Origin: Vulcanimicrobiota bacterium
GTDB taxonomy: Bacteria > Vulcanimicrobiota > Vulcanimicrobiia > Vulcanimicrobiales > Vulcanimicrobiaceae
Assembly (NCBI GenBank): GCA_963733295.1
Contig: CAVTCS010000005.1
Location: forward strand, 32,001-96,000
Length of the DNA stretch: 64,000 bases
Direction: 5' to 3'
In this document: positions 40,355 to 52,785 of the stretch, piece by piece
Layout: every line of letters begins with the position of its first letter
How positions within the stretch are numbered: the stretch's first letter is position 1
Notes under the pieces: model-generated
The model's database searches: none
Seen by the model: only the letters and a program-made list of their open reading frames with translations
Told to the model about the DNA's origin: nothing
Program-made: the position numbers and the translations under genes

Positions 40355-41880
40355 TGCGCGTCCTCACTGCTCCCCAGATGCGCGAAGCCGACGCGCGCGG
40401 CGTCCGGCGCGAGGGCGAGATCGCGCTGATGCGCGCCGCCGGGCGCGCGCTGGCCGAGGCAATCGAGTTGCTCGCGCCACGCGCCGAGCGCGTCGTTGCC
40501 TTCGCCGGTCCGGGTAACAACGGCGGCGATGCGTTCGCCGCCTTTGCCGAGCTCGACCGCAAGCGCAAGCGCGTAGTCTACGCTGCCCAGGCGCCGCATC
40601 CAAGCGAGGCACGCAGCGACGCCGAAGGTCGCGCGCGCGCGGCCGGCGTCGAAGTACGCCCGCTCCCGGTCGAACGCGGCGCTGCCGACAAAGCGCTTTC
40701 ACGCGCCGGGCTCGCGCTCGATGCACTGCTCGGAACCGGCTCGCGCGCGGAGCCGGCAGCGGAGTTATTCGCCGCAATCGACGCGCTGAGCGCGGGCGAG
40801 GCGTACGTGCTGGCGGTCGACTTGCCCACCGGAGTCGATGCGACGACCGGAGCGGTGAGCCAGCACACCGTGCGCGCCGACGCGACCGTAACGCTCGGTG
40901 CGCTCAAGGCGGGTCTGTTGCTGCTGCCGGCGCGCGAATTTGCCGGCGCGCTCTTCGTCGGCGAGATCGGGCTCGAAGCCGAAATCGAGTCGCTCGAGGA
41001 TCTGCGCTACTACACGTTCGACGATCTCGAGTTTCTCAACAAGCTGCCGGTGCGAGCGGCGGCCTCGGACAAACGCGCTTCGGGAGCGCCGCTCGTAATC
41101 GCCGGCTCGCGGCAGTTCCCCGGCGCGGCCGTGCTGTGCGCGCTTGGAGCGGCCCGGGCCGGCGCCGGTTACGTCACCGTCGCCACACCGAGCGAAGCGG
41201 CGCCTGCGCTGCGCGCGCATCTGCTCGAGCAAGTGGTCGTCGAGTACTCAGCCGACGACGTGCCGGGCGCAATCGAAGAGCTGAGCGCCTTGACGAATCA
41301 CTGCAGCTCGGTCGCGATCGGTCCCGGCCTCGGGCTCGACGATGCAACCGGTGCGATCGTGCGCGGCTTCGTCGAGCGGTGCAAGCTTCCGATCGTGGGA
41401 GACGCCGGCGCGCTCTTTCACTTTGCCAAGAATTTGGAAATGCTGCGCGGCAAGCGCTGCGTGCTGACGCCGCACGAAGGCGAGTTCGCGCGACTTTCCG
41501 GAAAAGGTAGCGTGAGCGCGGGCACGCGCGCCGAACGGCTCCGCGAGTTCGTCGCGCGCACCGGCATCACGACGCTGCTCAAAGGCGACGCGACGCTGGT
41601 CGACGACGGGCGCTGGACTTACATCAACCCGACCGGCACGAACGCGCTGGCGACTGCGGGCACGGGCGACGTTTTGACGGGTATCACCGGCACGCTCCTC
41701 TCGCAGGGTCTCTCGCCACTCGATGCAGCCGCGACGGCCGCATACTGGCACGGCCTTGCCGGGCAGATGGCGCACGAGATCCGTCGCGTCGGCGTCATCG
41801 CGGGCGACCTGACTAAAGTGCTCGCCGCGGCGCTACCGGAGCCCGCTCTGGCGGCCAAGCGGCTCGTGCGCATTCGCTGA
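40354..41880 (+). CDS. nnr: Bifunctional NAD(P)HX epimerase/dehydratase
   Basis: GPGNNGGD, DALLGTG, AVDLPTG, GPGLG, LTPH.GEF.RL, LATAGTGDVLTG. Confidence 0.95.
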   Translation: MRVLTAPQMREADARGVRREGEIALMRAAGRALAEAIELLAPRAERVVAFAGPGNNGGDAFAAFAELDRKRKRVVYAAQAPHPSEARSDAEGRARAAGVEVRPLPVERGAADKALSRAGLALDALLGTGSRAEPAAELFAAIDALSAGEAYVLAVDLPTGVDATTGAVSQHTVRADATVTLGALKAGLLLLPAREFAGALFVGEIGLEAEIESLEDLRYYTFDDLEFLNKLPVRAAASDKRASGAPLVIAGSRQFPGAAVLCALGAARAGAGYVTVATPSEAAPALRAHLLEQVVVEYSADDVPGAIEELSALTNHCSSVAIGPGLGLDDATGAIVRGFVERCKLPIVGDAGALFHFAKNLEMLRGKRCVLTPHEGEFARLSGKGSVSAGTRAERLREFVARTGITTLLKGDATLVDDGRWTYINPTGTNALATAGTGDVLTGITGTLLSQGLSPLDAAATAAYWHGLAGQMAHEIRRVGVIAGDLTKVLAAALPEPALAAKRLVRIR

Positions 41881-41918
41881 GGGCATGGGTCGCGGGGCAA
41901 ATCCACGAACCTGGCCGG

Positions 41919-42191
41919 ATGCCGATGACGCATGATGAGATCGATCAGCTCGTGCCGGGCAAGGACTACCAATTCGTCACGATTCTCGGCGGAAGCGACT
42001 ACCCGGTCGGTGGTCGCGCAACGCTCGTGGAGGTCACCGGCGACGCGATCTCGCTGAAGATGGAATTCGTGCCTGCCGGCGGCGTCGACTGCGAATGGTC
42101 GCTCAAAGACGTTCTCGTTCCCAAGAACAAGATGCAGTGGATGCGCAGGATGACGACCGGGCCGCCGCCGCGCGCACCAAAAATGCCGTGA
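41919..42191 (+). CDS. Small hypothetical protein
   Basis: 90-aa ORF with coding-like codon use filling the intergenic gap. Confidence 0.6.
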   Translation: MPMTHDEIDQLVPGKDYQFVTILGGSDYPVGGRATLVEVTGDAISLKMEFVPAGGVDCEWSLKDVLVPKNKMQWMRRMTTGPPPRAPKMP

Positions 42192-42271
42192 GACCTCCAA
42201 CGTTTGGGCCGCTTGCCGCATCTACTTCTTGACGGTGCCCGGTAAAGGCCGGACGGATAGAGGAGACGGCG

Positions 42272-42838
42272 TTGGAGATTCCATCAGCGCAAGTAAGCGC
42301 AGCACGAGCCGGCGACCCCGAAGCGACCGCCGAGCTCCTCCGGCTAGCGTGGCCCGACGCATATCGGATCGCCTGGTCGATACTTCAAGAACGCACCGCA
42401 GCTGAGGACGCCGCGCAGGACGCGTGCGCACGCGTCTTGAGCGCGATCCGAAGCCTGCGGCGTCCCGAGCGCTTTGCACCGTGGTTTTACCGGATCGTCG
42501 TGAACGAGTCGAAACGCAGGCTTCGAAGCACTGCTCGCGACGTATCCGTCGAGTTCGGCACCGATCGCCGAAACGAGCCTTCCACCCATGAAGAGTCGGC
42601 GCTCGCCGGTCGCATCGACGTTCGCAGGGCGATAGAATCGCTCGATCCGGATCTTCGCGTCGCGATCGTCTTGCGGTACTACCTCGCCTTGAGCAGCACC
42701 GAGATCGCCGGCGTCGTTGGCGCGTCCCCTATCACGGTTCGCTGGCGCCTCATGATCGCTCGCCGGCGGTTGCGAGTTCTGCTCGACGAACCTCACTCGT
42801 TCTCGAACTTCCAGCCGGAAGTGAAAGGAATACGTTGA
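42272..42838 (+). CDS. ECF sigma factor
   Basis: ARAGD..A, AEDAAQD, F..WFYRIVVN, region 4 LDPDLR..IVLRY...LS..EIA; aggag RBS. Confidence 0.92.
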   Translation: MEIPSAQVSAARAGDPEATAELLRLAWPDAYRIAWSILQERTAAEDAAQDACARVLSAIRSLRRPERFAPWFYRIVVNESKRRLRSTARDVSVEFGTDRRNEPSTHEESALAGRIDVRRAIESLDPDLRVAIVLRYYLALSSTEIAGVVGASPITVRWRLMIARRRLRVLLDEPHSFSNFQPEVKGIR

Positions 42839-43587
42839 TGAACCTCAGACTGCCCGCTGACGACGTTCGAGCCCTTGCGACGCAGTACGCCGAGACGATC
42901 CCGGTGCCCGAGTTCGATTTGAGAGCCGTTCAGTCTCGGCGCCGAGACGAGAGCGGTCGCGAGCCGTCACGTTCGGCTCAGAAATGGACGCGAAGACAAG
43001 CCGTGGCAGCGGCCGTGGTCGCCGGAGCGTTGCTTGTAATCGGCACGAACGTCCCCGGCGTGGTCGCGCAGGTGCAGCGAATCATGCAATTCTTCACGAT
43101 CGTCAACGGCCAGGCGATACCGCTCAAGGTCGAAACGGTCAGTCTCCGGCAAGCCCAGAGCGACATGCCGTTCGAGGTAATTCCGCCCCCGTCGATTCGC
43201 GGGAATTTTCCGGAGACTATCCGCGAAATATACTCAGCGCCCTCGCGCTCTGACGGACACCTCATGTTCGAGTATCCGATCGCGGGTCAGCAATTTGCGG
43301 TCACGATTATGGAAACGGGAGCAAACAGCGCCGCAAGCTCGCAGCCCTTCTACTTCACCGCCCGAGATGCCGGCACGGCGACGCAGCGGGTAGTACCGCC
43401 GCCGCCGCCCACACGGCAGGGCCCGGAACTGATCACGACCCGGCTCCCGGCAAGCGGCGCGAACGTCAGATTCAGATTCGAGCCCGTCAACTGGACGACG
43501 CGCGGGACGAACATCACGCTCGTCAGCCCCCCGGGTACCCTGACGGCGGATCAAATGAACGCGATTCGCGAGGCGATGTCGCACTAG
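42835..43587 (+). CDS. Putative single-TM anti-sigma factor
   Basis: Overlaps the sigma stop codon; one TM followed by an extracytoplasmic domain. Confidence 0.65.
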   Translation: MMNLRLPADDVRALATQYAETIPVPEFDLRAVQSRRRDESGREPSRSAQKWTRRQAVAAAVVAGALLVIGTNVPGVVAQVQRIMQFFTIVNGQAIPLKVETVSLRQAQSDMPFEVIPPPSIRGNFPETIREIYSAPSRSDGHLMFEYPIAGQQFAVTIMETGANSAASSQPFYFTARDAGTATQRVVPPPPPTRQGPELITTRLPASGANVRFRFEPVNWTTRGTNITLVSPPGTLTADQMNAIREAMSH

Positions 43588-43635
43588 CGAGCGCCGCGGT
43601 CGTTGGCAACGTTGCCGATGACCGCGTGCTGCTCG
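43588..43635. terminator. Long GC-rich hairpin after the anti-sigma gene
   Basis: CGCGGTCGTTGGCAAC|GTTGCCGATGACCGCG near-palindrome flanked by CGAGC...GCTCG. Confidence 0.5.
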
Positions 43636-43876
43636 CCGAACGCACCTGTTCGCCCTCGCAGACGCTTCCCTAAAGCGGGCTAGCGACCGCAGCCTCGCTA
43701 CCTGCGGGTAAACCTCGCGAAAGCAAGGCGCGGCATACGGAGAGAGGCTCGAACAAAGTCGTCACATTTTCGCGCGCTCGCGGGTCGGCGCGTTTGTCCG
43801 CGTTCAGCCCGGGAAAATTACAAGCGGCGCCCAGCTACTCGGGCAGTGTATGCTCTTTTTCGAACGGGGCCGTGAC

Positions 43877-44869
43877 ATGAATGATGGGCGCGGGTTCGTC
43901 ACATGGGTGACGCTTGTAGTGCTTTTGGCCGGATGCAGTGGCGGTGGTAGCGGCGTTGGCAGCAACAACGGAAGTCCCGTAGCGTCCAGCGCGAAATCGA
44001 CCGTTACCATCTCGATGGTCGATTCGCCGTTTCGGTTCAGCGGCGCCGACGTTACCGCCGTGACCGTCGACGTCAAGGAAGTAGAGCTGATCGGTCAGGG
44101 CGGCCCACAAACGATTAGCGTTTTCAACCCACCGCAGCAAATCAATTTGCTCGACTTTCAGACGGTTCCGGGTTTGCAGCTTGGAACCGCGGCGATCCCG
44201 GCTGGACGGTTCGAGCAGATTCGCCTCCTTCTGGACTCGTCATCGCCGGACAACAACAGTATCACCGTCGACGGCACGACATACCCGCTAAAGATCCCGA
44301 GCGCAACGACCGGTGAGGGATTTGGAAACGGGACGTCGGTCGACAAGGGCGACGGGCCCGGCACTTCCGGCATCAAGGTGCGGGTCGGACTCGTCGCCGC
44401 AGCGGGTCAAACGTACAGCATCCTCATCGACTTCAATGCCGCCGAGTCGATCGTGGAAGCGGGCAACAGCGGGAAGTGGATCATGAAGCCGGTGCTCGTT
44501 GCCACCGCCTACGCCTCCGGGTTCTTCGCGGGCATCGTTACAAACTCGATCAACGGCCAGCCTGTCGTCGACGCGGAGATCGTAGCGCTACAAGGGGGTC
44601 AAAGCATCAACAGCGGCATCACCGCCGCCGACGGTTCGTATGAAATCAACGCATTACCGTTAGGCAGCTACTCGCTGCAGATCAATAACTCGTGGACGAA
44701 CCAAGCCGGCATGCCGATGAGCGCAACAAACAGCAACGGCGCGGCGTCGGGAACCTGCGTTGGTCCTTTCACGATATCGACCGGTCAGAGTTCGGTCGAC
44801 ATCAGCGAGAATCCGACACCATCGCCAACGTCGGCGCCGTCGTCGGCGCCATTCGTCTGCTCGCCATAG
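43877..44869 (+). CDS. DUF4382 lipoprotein with carboxypeptidase-regulatory-like domain
   Basis: LAGC lipobox, V.ISMVDSP, INLLD.Q, IPAG...QIRL.L, LKIPS...SGIK, IDFNA.ESIV..GNSGK..MKPV. Confidence 0.85.
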   Translation: MNDGRGFVTWVTLVVLLAGCSGGGSGVGSNNGSPVASSAKSTVTISMVDSPFRFSGADVTAVTVDVKEVELIGQGGPQTISVFNPPQQINLLDFQTVPGLQLGTAAIPAGRFEQIRLLLDSSSPDNNSITVDGTTYPLKIPSATTGEGFGNGTSVDKGDGPGTSGIKVRVGLVAAAGQTYSILIDFNAAESIVEAGNSGKWIMKPVLVATAYASGFFAGIVTNSINGQPVVDAEIVALQGGQSINSGITAADGSYEINALPLGSYSLQINNSWTNQAGMPMSATNSNGAASGTCVGPFTISTGQSSVDISENPTPSPTSAPSSAPFVCSP

Positions 44870-44884
44870 CCGCATGTATAGAGC

Positions 44885-45373
44885 GTGAGGCGTCGGGTTG
44901 GGCTGGTCGTCGGGCTGCTAACGTGGCTCCTACTCTGTGATCCGGTGAACGCGGAATCCCGGTCGCGGCTGGCCCCGGCCGACGAGTATTTTGGCCGGGC
45001 GAATTTGAGCCCGATCGAGATCACCAATCGCATCGGTAACGCCGAACGCCGCGGCTCCAGCTATCGTGCGCTCATGACGACACAGACGGCGATCGAGGAT
45101 TGGACGCGGAAGTATCCCGCCGATCCGTGGATTCCACCGCGCGAGTACCGGATGTCGCACCTGTTCGCGCGTCTCCATTCGCGCGACGGGAACGCGGAAG
45201 CGGCCTGGTGCCGCGCCTACCTCCAAGTTCATTTTCCGGGGACTCGGTACGCCATCGTCGCGCAGCGCGAAGGGGGCACGAGGGTTGCCGGTACGTCCGC
45301 GCGTGCTAGTGATAAACGTGCAGCACCGAAGAGCGCCGCCAAAAAGAAACATCACTTCCTGGGGCTGCTCTAG
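44885..45373 (+). CDS. Exported hypothetical protein
   Basis: Signal peptide; APADEYFGR...S.IEI.NRI...KYP.DPW.P. Confidence 0.7.
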   Translation: MRRRVGLVVGLLTWLLLCDPVNAESRSRLAPADEYFGRANLSPIEITNRIGNAERRGSSYRALMTTQTAIEDWTRKYPADPWIPPREYRMSHLFARLHSRDGNAEAAWCRAYLQVHFPGTRYAIVAQREGGTRVAGTSARASDKRAAPKSAAKKKHHFLGLL

Positions 45374-45413
45374 GAGGCTCTCCGCGAGCGCGCCAACAGC
45401 ACAGCGCTTTCGG

Positions 45414-47435
<2,022 letters not shown>

Positions 47436-47509
47436 CTACGAGGCTCCGGCATCTTCGTCCCCTCGGGCGTGCGAGGCGGAGGGTTGCACGCCGCAGCGAA
47501 GCCCGCAGA

Positions 47510-48730
47510 ATGACCGAGGCATACATTTGCGACGCGGTGCGGACCCCGATCGGGCGGTATGGCGGGGCGCTCAGCGCCGTACGTCCCGACGATCTCGCCG
47601 CCGTACCGTTGCGTGCGCTGGTGGAGCGCAATCGCAACGTCGATTGGTCCCATCTCGACGACGTCTTGCTCGGTTGCGCAAATCAAGCCGGCGAGGACAA
47701 CCGGAACGTCGCGCGCATGGCGACGCTGCTGGCCGGCCTTCCCGATTCGGTTTCGGCGGCGACCGTCAATCGTTTGTGCGGCTCGGGCATGGACGCCATC
47801 GGGCAAGCCGCTCGCGCAATCCGCTGCGGCGAGGCGGAGTTGATCGTCGCAGGCGGCGTCGAGAGCATGTCGCGTGCGCCGCTGGTGATGCCCAAAGCCG
47901 ACTCCCCGTTTTCACGCAAGGCCGAGATCTTCGACACGACGATCGGCTGGCGCTTCGTCAACCCGCTGCTCAAAGCACAATACGGCGTCGATTCGATGCC
48001 TGAGACGGCCGAGAACGTCGCGAGCGACTTCTCCGTTTCGCGCGAGGATCAGGACGCTTTCGCGGCGCGCAGCCAGCAGCGCGCCGCCGCGGCGCAAGCC
48101 GCCGGACGTTTTGCAGAGGAGATCGTGCCGGTCATGGTCGCCGCGAAACGCGGCGAAGCGCACGCCGTTGCGCAGGACGAACACGTGCGCGGCGACACGA
48201 CCGTCGAGAAGTTGGCGAAGTTGCCGACGCCGTTTCGCAAAGACGGGACGGTCACGGCCGGTAACGCTTCGGGCGTTAACGACGGCGCCGCTGCGCTCAT
48301 CATCGCCTCCGCTGCCGCCGCACGTCTGCACGGGCTGCGGCCTCGAGCCCGCATCGCCGGGATGGCGACGGCCGGCGTCGCGCCGCGAATCATGGGGATC
48401 GGACCGGCTCCCGCCACGCGCAAGCTGCTCGAACGCCTCGAGTTGCCGCTCGGCGCCATCGAGGTGATCGAGCTCAACGAAGCATTTGCTTCCCAGTCGC
48501 TGGCGGTGCTGCGCATGCTTGGTCTTCCCGACGATGCAGCACACGTCAATCCGAACGGCGGAGCGATCGCGCTCGGACATCCGCTCGGCATGAGCGGCGC
48601 TCGCCTCGTAACGACCGCGACCTACGAACTCGAGCGGCGCTCGGCGCGCTACGCGCTCTGCACGATGTGCATCGGCGTGGGCCAAGGCATCGCGATGCTG
48701 ATCGAGCGCGTCGACGGGCTTCCGGCCTGA
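47510..48730 (+). CDS. pcaF: 3-oxoadipyl-CoA thiolase
   Basis: [53 protein letters not shown]. Confidence 0.93.
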   Translation: MTEAYICDAVRTPIGRYGGALSAVRPDDLAAVPLRALVERNRNVDWSHLDDVLLGCANQAGEDNRNVARMATLLAGLPDSVSAATVNRLCGSGMDAIGQAARAIRCGEAELIVAGGVESMSRAPLVMPKADSPFSRKAEIFDTTIGWRFVNPLLKAQYGVDSMPETAENVASDFSVSREDQDAFAARSQQRAAAAQAAGRFAEEIVPVMVAAKRGEAHAVAQDEHVRGDTTVEKLAKLPTPFRKDGTVTAGNASGVNDGAAALIIASAAAARLHGLRPRARIAGMATAGVAPRIMGIGPAPATRKLLERLELPLGAIEVIELNEAFASQSLAVLRMLGLPDDAAHVNPNGGAIALGHPLGMSGARLVTTATYELERRSARYALCTMCIGVGQGIAMLIERVDGLPA

Positions 48731-49092
48731 AACTGCAACCGGCGCTCATCGGCGCGTTCTTCGTTTTCGCGGGCGCGCTCCATTTCGTCCGGCCGCGGAT
48801 GTACGAAGCGATCGTACCGCCGCTTCTTCCGAACCCACACGCCATCGTGCAGGGTAGCGGCGCTTGTGAGATCCTCGGCGGAATCGGCGTTCTGCTGCCT
48901 GCGACGCGCGTCGCGGCGGCCTGGGGACTCATCGCGCTGCTCGTCGCGGTGTTCCCCGCCAACATCTTCATGGCGACGGAGGCTGCGCGCTTCCGTTCCG
49001 TCGCGCCCGCCTGGAGCCTTTGGGCGCGCCTCCCCCTTCAGTTCGTTCTGATTTGGTGGATCTACCGCGCCTGCATCAGGCGGCGCACGTAA
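48727..49092 (+). CDS. DoxX-like membrane protein
   Basis: [35 protein letters not shown]; start uncertain. Confidence 0.85.
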   Translation: MKLQPALIGAFFVFAGALHFVRPRMYEAIVPPLLPNPHAIVQGSGACEILGGIGVLLPATRVAAAWGLIALLVAVFPANIFMATEAARFRSVAPAWSLWARLPLQFVLIWWIYRACIRRRT

Positions 49093-49192
49093 CGCTGCAG
49101 GATATACGACCAGGCCATGTCGCCCTCGTACGTTTCGCGTTGCGTTCCATTTTCGCGCAGGAGGGCTTGCGGGCATGGGGATATCCGGCCAT

Positions 49193-50422
49193 ATGCGATT
49201 CTTCCGCTCCCTCGCGGCGCTTTTTGCCCTCGCGGCTTTCAGCGCAGGCTTTGCCGGAGCACAAACACCGCAGCCTACGCCGCTGGGGCCCCGAGCGGCG
49301 CTCGAACGATTACTGCATGCCGAACACGCCTCGGCCGATTGGTTCGCACCGAGCTTCCTCGCAGTCGCCTCCGTCGATCGAATCGACGCCGTGATCGCTC
49401 AGCTGCGCGCGGATGGAGGCGCCTTTGCGCGTGTCGAGATGCGCGGCGATGCGTACTATTCGGTTTTTGAGAAGGGCGCGAGCCGAACGCAAGTCGCGTT
49501 GGACGGACAAGGACGTTTTACCACGCTTTTCTTTGCACCGTTCGGCCCGTTGCCGCCGGCCGTTACAACGCCGTTGCCGCTGGTCGCTACGACGCTGGAC
49601 GAAGCGTTGCAGCAACTGCGGGCGCAAGGCGGCGACCTCGGTTATCTCGTCCTGGCGAACTCGACGCAACTCGCGGCTCTCCAGCCGGACCGGCCGATGG
49701 CGGTTGGGTCAACCTTCAAGCTCGCGGTGCTCGTCGCTCTGCGCGCCGAGATCGAGGCCAAACGACGCGAGTGGTCGGACGTGGTCCCGCTTCCCGCAGC
49801 GGCGAAGAGCCTGCCTTCCGGTTTGCTGCGCCTGTGGCCGGACGGTACGCCGATCACGCTTGCAACGTACGCGGGGGAGATGATTTCGATCAGCGACAAC
49901 ACGGCGGCCGATACGCTGATCGGAGTGGTCGGCCGCGGTCCGCTCGAAAAGCTCGCGCCGCGCAACGAACCGTTCCTGACGACCCGCGAAACGTTCGTGC
50001 TGAAAGCCGACGCGGCGCTTCGCGAAGCTTACCGGACAGCCTCACCGAAAGAACGGCGCAACTTGCTGGCGCGCATAGATTCCCAGCCGCTTCCCACGCC
50101 CTCGCAAGTCGATCTCGATCCGTCGTTCCTCGATATCGAATGGTACTTTACCCCGCGCGAACTTTGCGCGCTCATGGCCCGCGTTGCCGACCTTCCGCTG
50201 ATGACGATCAATCCGGGTGTTGCAAAGCCGGCGGCCTGGAAGCGCGTTGCGTTCAAAGGCGGCAGCGACGCGGGGGTTCTCAACTTGACGACTTATCTCA
50301 CCGCAAAGAACGGAACCTCGTACTGTGTCACCGCGACCTGGAATAACCCGAAGGCGCAGATCGACGAACCGGCCGCGGAAAGCGCCTACGCCGCGCTGCT
50401 CGATTTCCTGAGCACTCGCTGA
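49193..50422 (+). CDS. Exported LpqF-like serine hydrolase (beta-lactamase/PBP fold)
   Basis: GSTFK (SxxK), ISDNTA (SDN), FKGG (KTG-like), N-terminal F...FL domain. Confidence 0.85.
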   Translation: MRFFRSLAALFALAAFSAGFAGAQTPQPTPLGPRAALERLLHAEHASADWFAPSFLAVASVDRIDAVIAQLRADGGAFARVEMRGDAYYSVFEKGASRTQVALDGQGRFTTLFFAPFGPLPPAVTTPLPLVATTLDEALQQLRAQGGDLGYLVLANSTQLAALQPDRPMAVGSTFKLAVLVALRAEIEAKRREWSDVVPLPAAAKSLPSGLLRLWPDGTPITLATYAGEMISISDNTAADTLIGVVGRGPLEKLAPRNEPFLTTRETFVLKADAALREAYRTASPKERRNLLARIDSQPLPTPSQVDLDPSFLDIEWYFTPRELCALMARVADLPLMTINPGVAKPAAWKRVAFKGGSDAGVLNLTTYLTAKNGTSYCVTATWNNPKAQIDEPAAESAYAALLDFLSTR

Positions 50423-50423
50423 G

Positions 50424-51056
50424 GTGAAACCGGTCGTCGTCTGGCGGCGTCCGGCCAAAGCCGGGTCGCGAACGCCGCTCGTCGTCTTCCTGCACGGACG
50501 GGGGGCCGACGAGAACGATTTGATCGACATCGCCGAGCGGCTCCCGCGAGCGTTCGCATACGCGAGCGTTCGCGCGCCGGTTCCGCTCGTGGAAGGCGGC
50601 TACACCTGGTTCGAGAGCCATGGGCCGGCCCGTCCGATCCCGGCCAGCGTGCGAGCGTCGGTCGCCGCGTTTCGAGCCTGGCTCGACGATCCGTCGCTCG
50701 GTTGCGGCGGCGAGCCGTGTTTTCTTCTCGGGTTCAGTGCCGGAATGATGATGGCGGGAGCGCTCGTCGTCGACGATCCCAAGCGATTCGCGGGAGCGGT
50801 CCTCCTCAGCGGCGCGCTCGCACTCGACGCGATGCCCGAAGCGCTTCCTGGCCGCCTCACCGGTCTGCCGGTCTTCTACGGACGGGGTTCGGAAGACGAC
50901 GTCATTCCCGCAGCGCTGGTCGTGCAGAGCGCAAGGTACTTACGCGAGCGCAGCGGCGCCGACGTTACGTTTCACGAGTATCGTCTCGCGCATGCGATCT
51001 CGAATCGCGAGCTGGACGACGTCGCCGAGTGGTTCGCCGCAGTTCACGAGCGCTGA
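50424..51056 (+). CDS. Phospholipase/carboxylesterase (alpha/beta hydrolase)
   Basis: FLHGRG, GFSAG, G.EDDVI, H.IS. Confidence 0.88.
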   Translation: MKPVVVWRRPAKAGSRTPLVVFLHGRGADENDLIDIAERLPRAFAYASVRAPVPLVEGGYTWFESHGPARPIPASVRASVAAFRAWLDDPSLGCGGEPCFLLGFSAGMMMAGALVVDDPKRFAGAVLLSGALALDAMPEALPGRLTGLPVFYGRGSEDDVIPAALVVQSARYLRERSGADVTFHEYRLAHAISNRELDDVAEWFAAVHER

Positions 51057-51059
51057 GCG

Positions 51060-52724
51060 CTAGTCGGGAAAGGCGCGCTCCACAATGGCCGCCGCATCCA
51101 CGCCGGCTGGGAGCGTGCCGAACGAGCGGCCCCACTCACCGGCAAGACGCGTGCGGCAGAACGCATCCGCGACCACCGCCGGGCTGTGCCGGACGACGAG
51201 CGCAGCGCTGAAGACGAGCGCCATCTCCTCGACCAGCGCGCGCGCCTGTTCTTCCTCGGTCTCATTCGAGCGTACGAAGTGTTCGAGGCTCTCGGCCGAC
51301 GCATCGAGATGCGAATTCCCGCCCACCGCTCGTGCAATCTCGGCGAAGAAGGCCTCGAGCACGCCCTCCTCCTTGCGCATCGCTCGCAACACGTCGAGCG
51401 CGTTGACGTTGCCCGAGCCTTCCCAGATCGAATTGAGCGGTGATTCGCGGAAGATCCGCGGCATGATGCTTTCTTCGACGTAACCGTTTCCGCCCAAACA
51501 TTCGAGCGCCTCGGCTGCGTGCGGGGTCGCGCGCTTGCAGATCCAAAACTTCGCGAGCGCGGTTCCGACGCGCTTGAGGGCGGCTTCGTACTTGTCCTCG
51601 CCGGCTCGGTCGCAGGCGCGCGCGAGACGCATGCAAAGCAGCGTCGCCGCTTCCGATTCGAGCGCGAGGTCGGCCAGAACGTTCTGCATCAGCGGCTGTT
51701 CCGCGAGCAGTTTTCCGAAAGCACTGCGATGACGCGCGTGATGGATCGCTTGCACGAGCGCCTGGCGCATGCCGGATGCCGCGCCGAGCGCGCAGTCGAG
51801 TCGCGTGAAGTTTACCATCTCGACGATCGTTTGAATGCCGCGGCCTTCTTCGCCGACGAGCCAACCTGCCGTACCATCGAATTCGACTTCCGCCGAGGCG
51901 TTGGAACGGTTCCCTAGCTTATCCTTGAGACGTTGCAGCGCGAATGCGTTGCGCTCGCCGTTCGGCAAAAAGCGCGGCACGAGAAAACACGAGAGGCCGT
52001 CCGGCGCTTGCGCCAATACGAGAAACGCATCGGACATCGGAGCGCTGCAGAACCACTTGTGACCGGTGAGCGTATACTCGGAACCAGGACCGCCGGCACC
52101 GGCGGGAACTGCGCGAGTCGTGTTGGCGCGAACGTCCGAGCCGCCTTGCTTCTCGGTCATCGCCATGCCGAAAATCGCGCTGCCTTTTTCCGTGGCCGGG
52201 CGCAAACGTCCGTCATAGGTGCGCGCGAAAACGAGCGGTTCCCAGATGCGGGCGAGTTCGGGCTGGCTGCGCAGAACCGGCACCGCAGCATGCGTCATCG
52301 AGATGGGACAGCCGTGACCCGCTTCGACTTGACTCCAAACGAAGAACGCAGCGGCTCGCGCCACGTGCGCACCCGGTCGCGCCGTGCTCCACGCCGATGC
52401 ATGCAGACCGTTTCCGGTTGCAACTAGCATCAGGCGGTGGTACGACGGATGATACGCGACCTCGTCGATACGATTGCCGAAACGATCGAAGGCCCGAAGC
52501 TCGGGCGGAAAACGGTTGGCTTCGAAACCCCAAGCGATCGCTTCGGCGCTGCCCGCGCGCCGGCCGAGTTCGTGAAGGTGCGCCTGCGCCCAGCCGGCGC
52601 CGTTTTCGGCGACCGCGGCGTCGAGCACCGGGTCGCGTCCGAAGACGTCGTAGTCGACGAGCGGGGGCGGCTGATTGGTGACCTCGTGCGTCCCGGCGAC
52701 GCCGGGCGGCGTCAGCAAATCCAT
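51060..52724 (-). CDS. aidB: AidB-like acyl-CoA dehydrogenase
   Basis: THEVTNQPPPL, GHGCPISMT, MTEKQGGSDVRAN, KWFCSAP, RLKDKLGNRSNAS, NSIWEGSGN. Confidence 0.9.
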   Translation of the reverse strand: MDLLTPPGVAGTHEVTNQPPPLVDYDVFGRDPVLDAAVAENGAGWAQAHLHELGRRAGSAEAIAWGFEANRFPPELRAFDRFGNRIDEVAYHPSYHRLMLVATGNGLHASAWSTARPGAHVARAAAFFVWSQVEAGHGCPISMTHAAVPVLRSQPELARIWEPLVFARTYDGRLRPATEKGSAIFGMAMTEKQGGSDVRANTTRAVPAGAGGPGSEYTLTGHKWFCSAPMSDAFLVLAQAPDGLSCFLVPRFLPNGERNAFALQRLKDKLGNRSNASAEVEFDGTAGWLVGEEGRGIQTIVEMVNFTRLDCALGAASGMRQALVQAIHHARHRSAFGKLLAEQPLMQNVLADLALESEAATLLCMRLARACDRAGEDKYEAALKRVGTALAKFWICKRATPHAAEALECLGGNGYVEESIMPRIFRESPLNSIWEGSGNVNALDVLRAMRKEEGVLEAFFAEIARAVGGNSHLDASAESLEHFVRSNETEEEQARALVEEMALVFSAALVVRHSPAVVADAFCRTRLAGEWGRSFGTLPAGVDAAAIVERAFPD

Positions 52725-52785
52725 GGCCGTTTCCTTCAAGCGCGAGCGCGCGGCCACCCGTCACCCTGCCTCGTGCGGACCGTGC

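Noticed and set aside
49193..50422. Class A beta-lactamase resistance gene
   Set aside because: SxxK and SDN are present but there is no recognisable ExxLN omega-loop motif; the architecture fits LpqF-like PBP/serine hydrolases.
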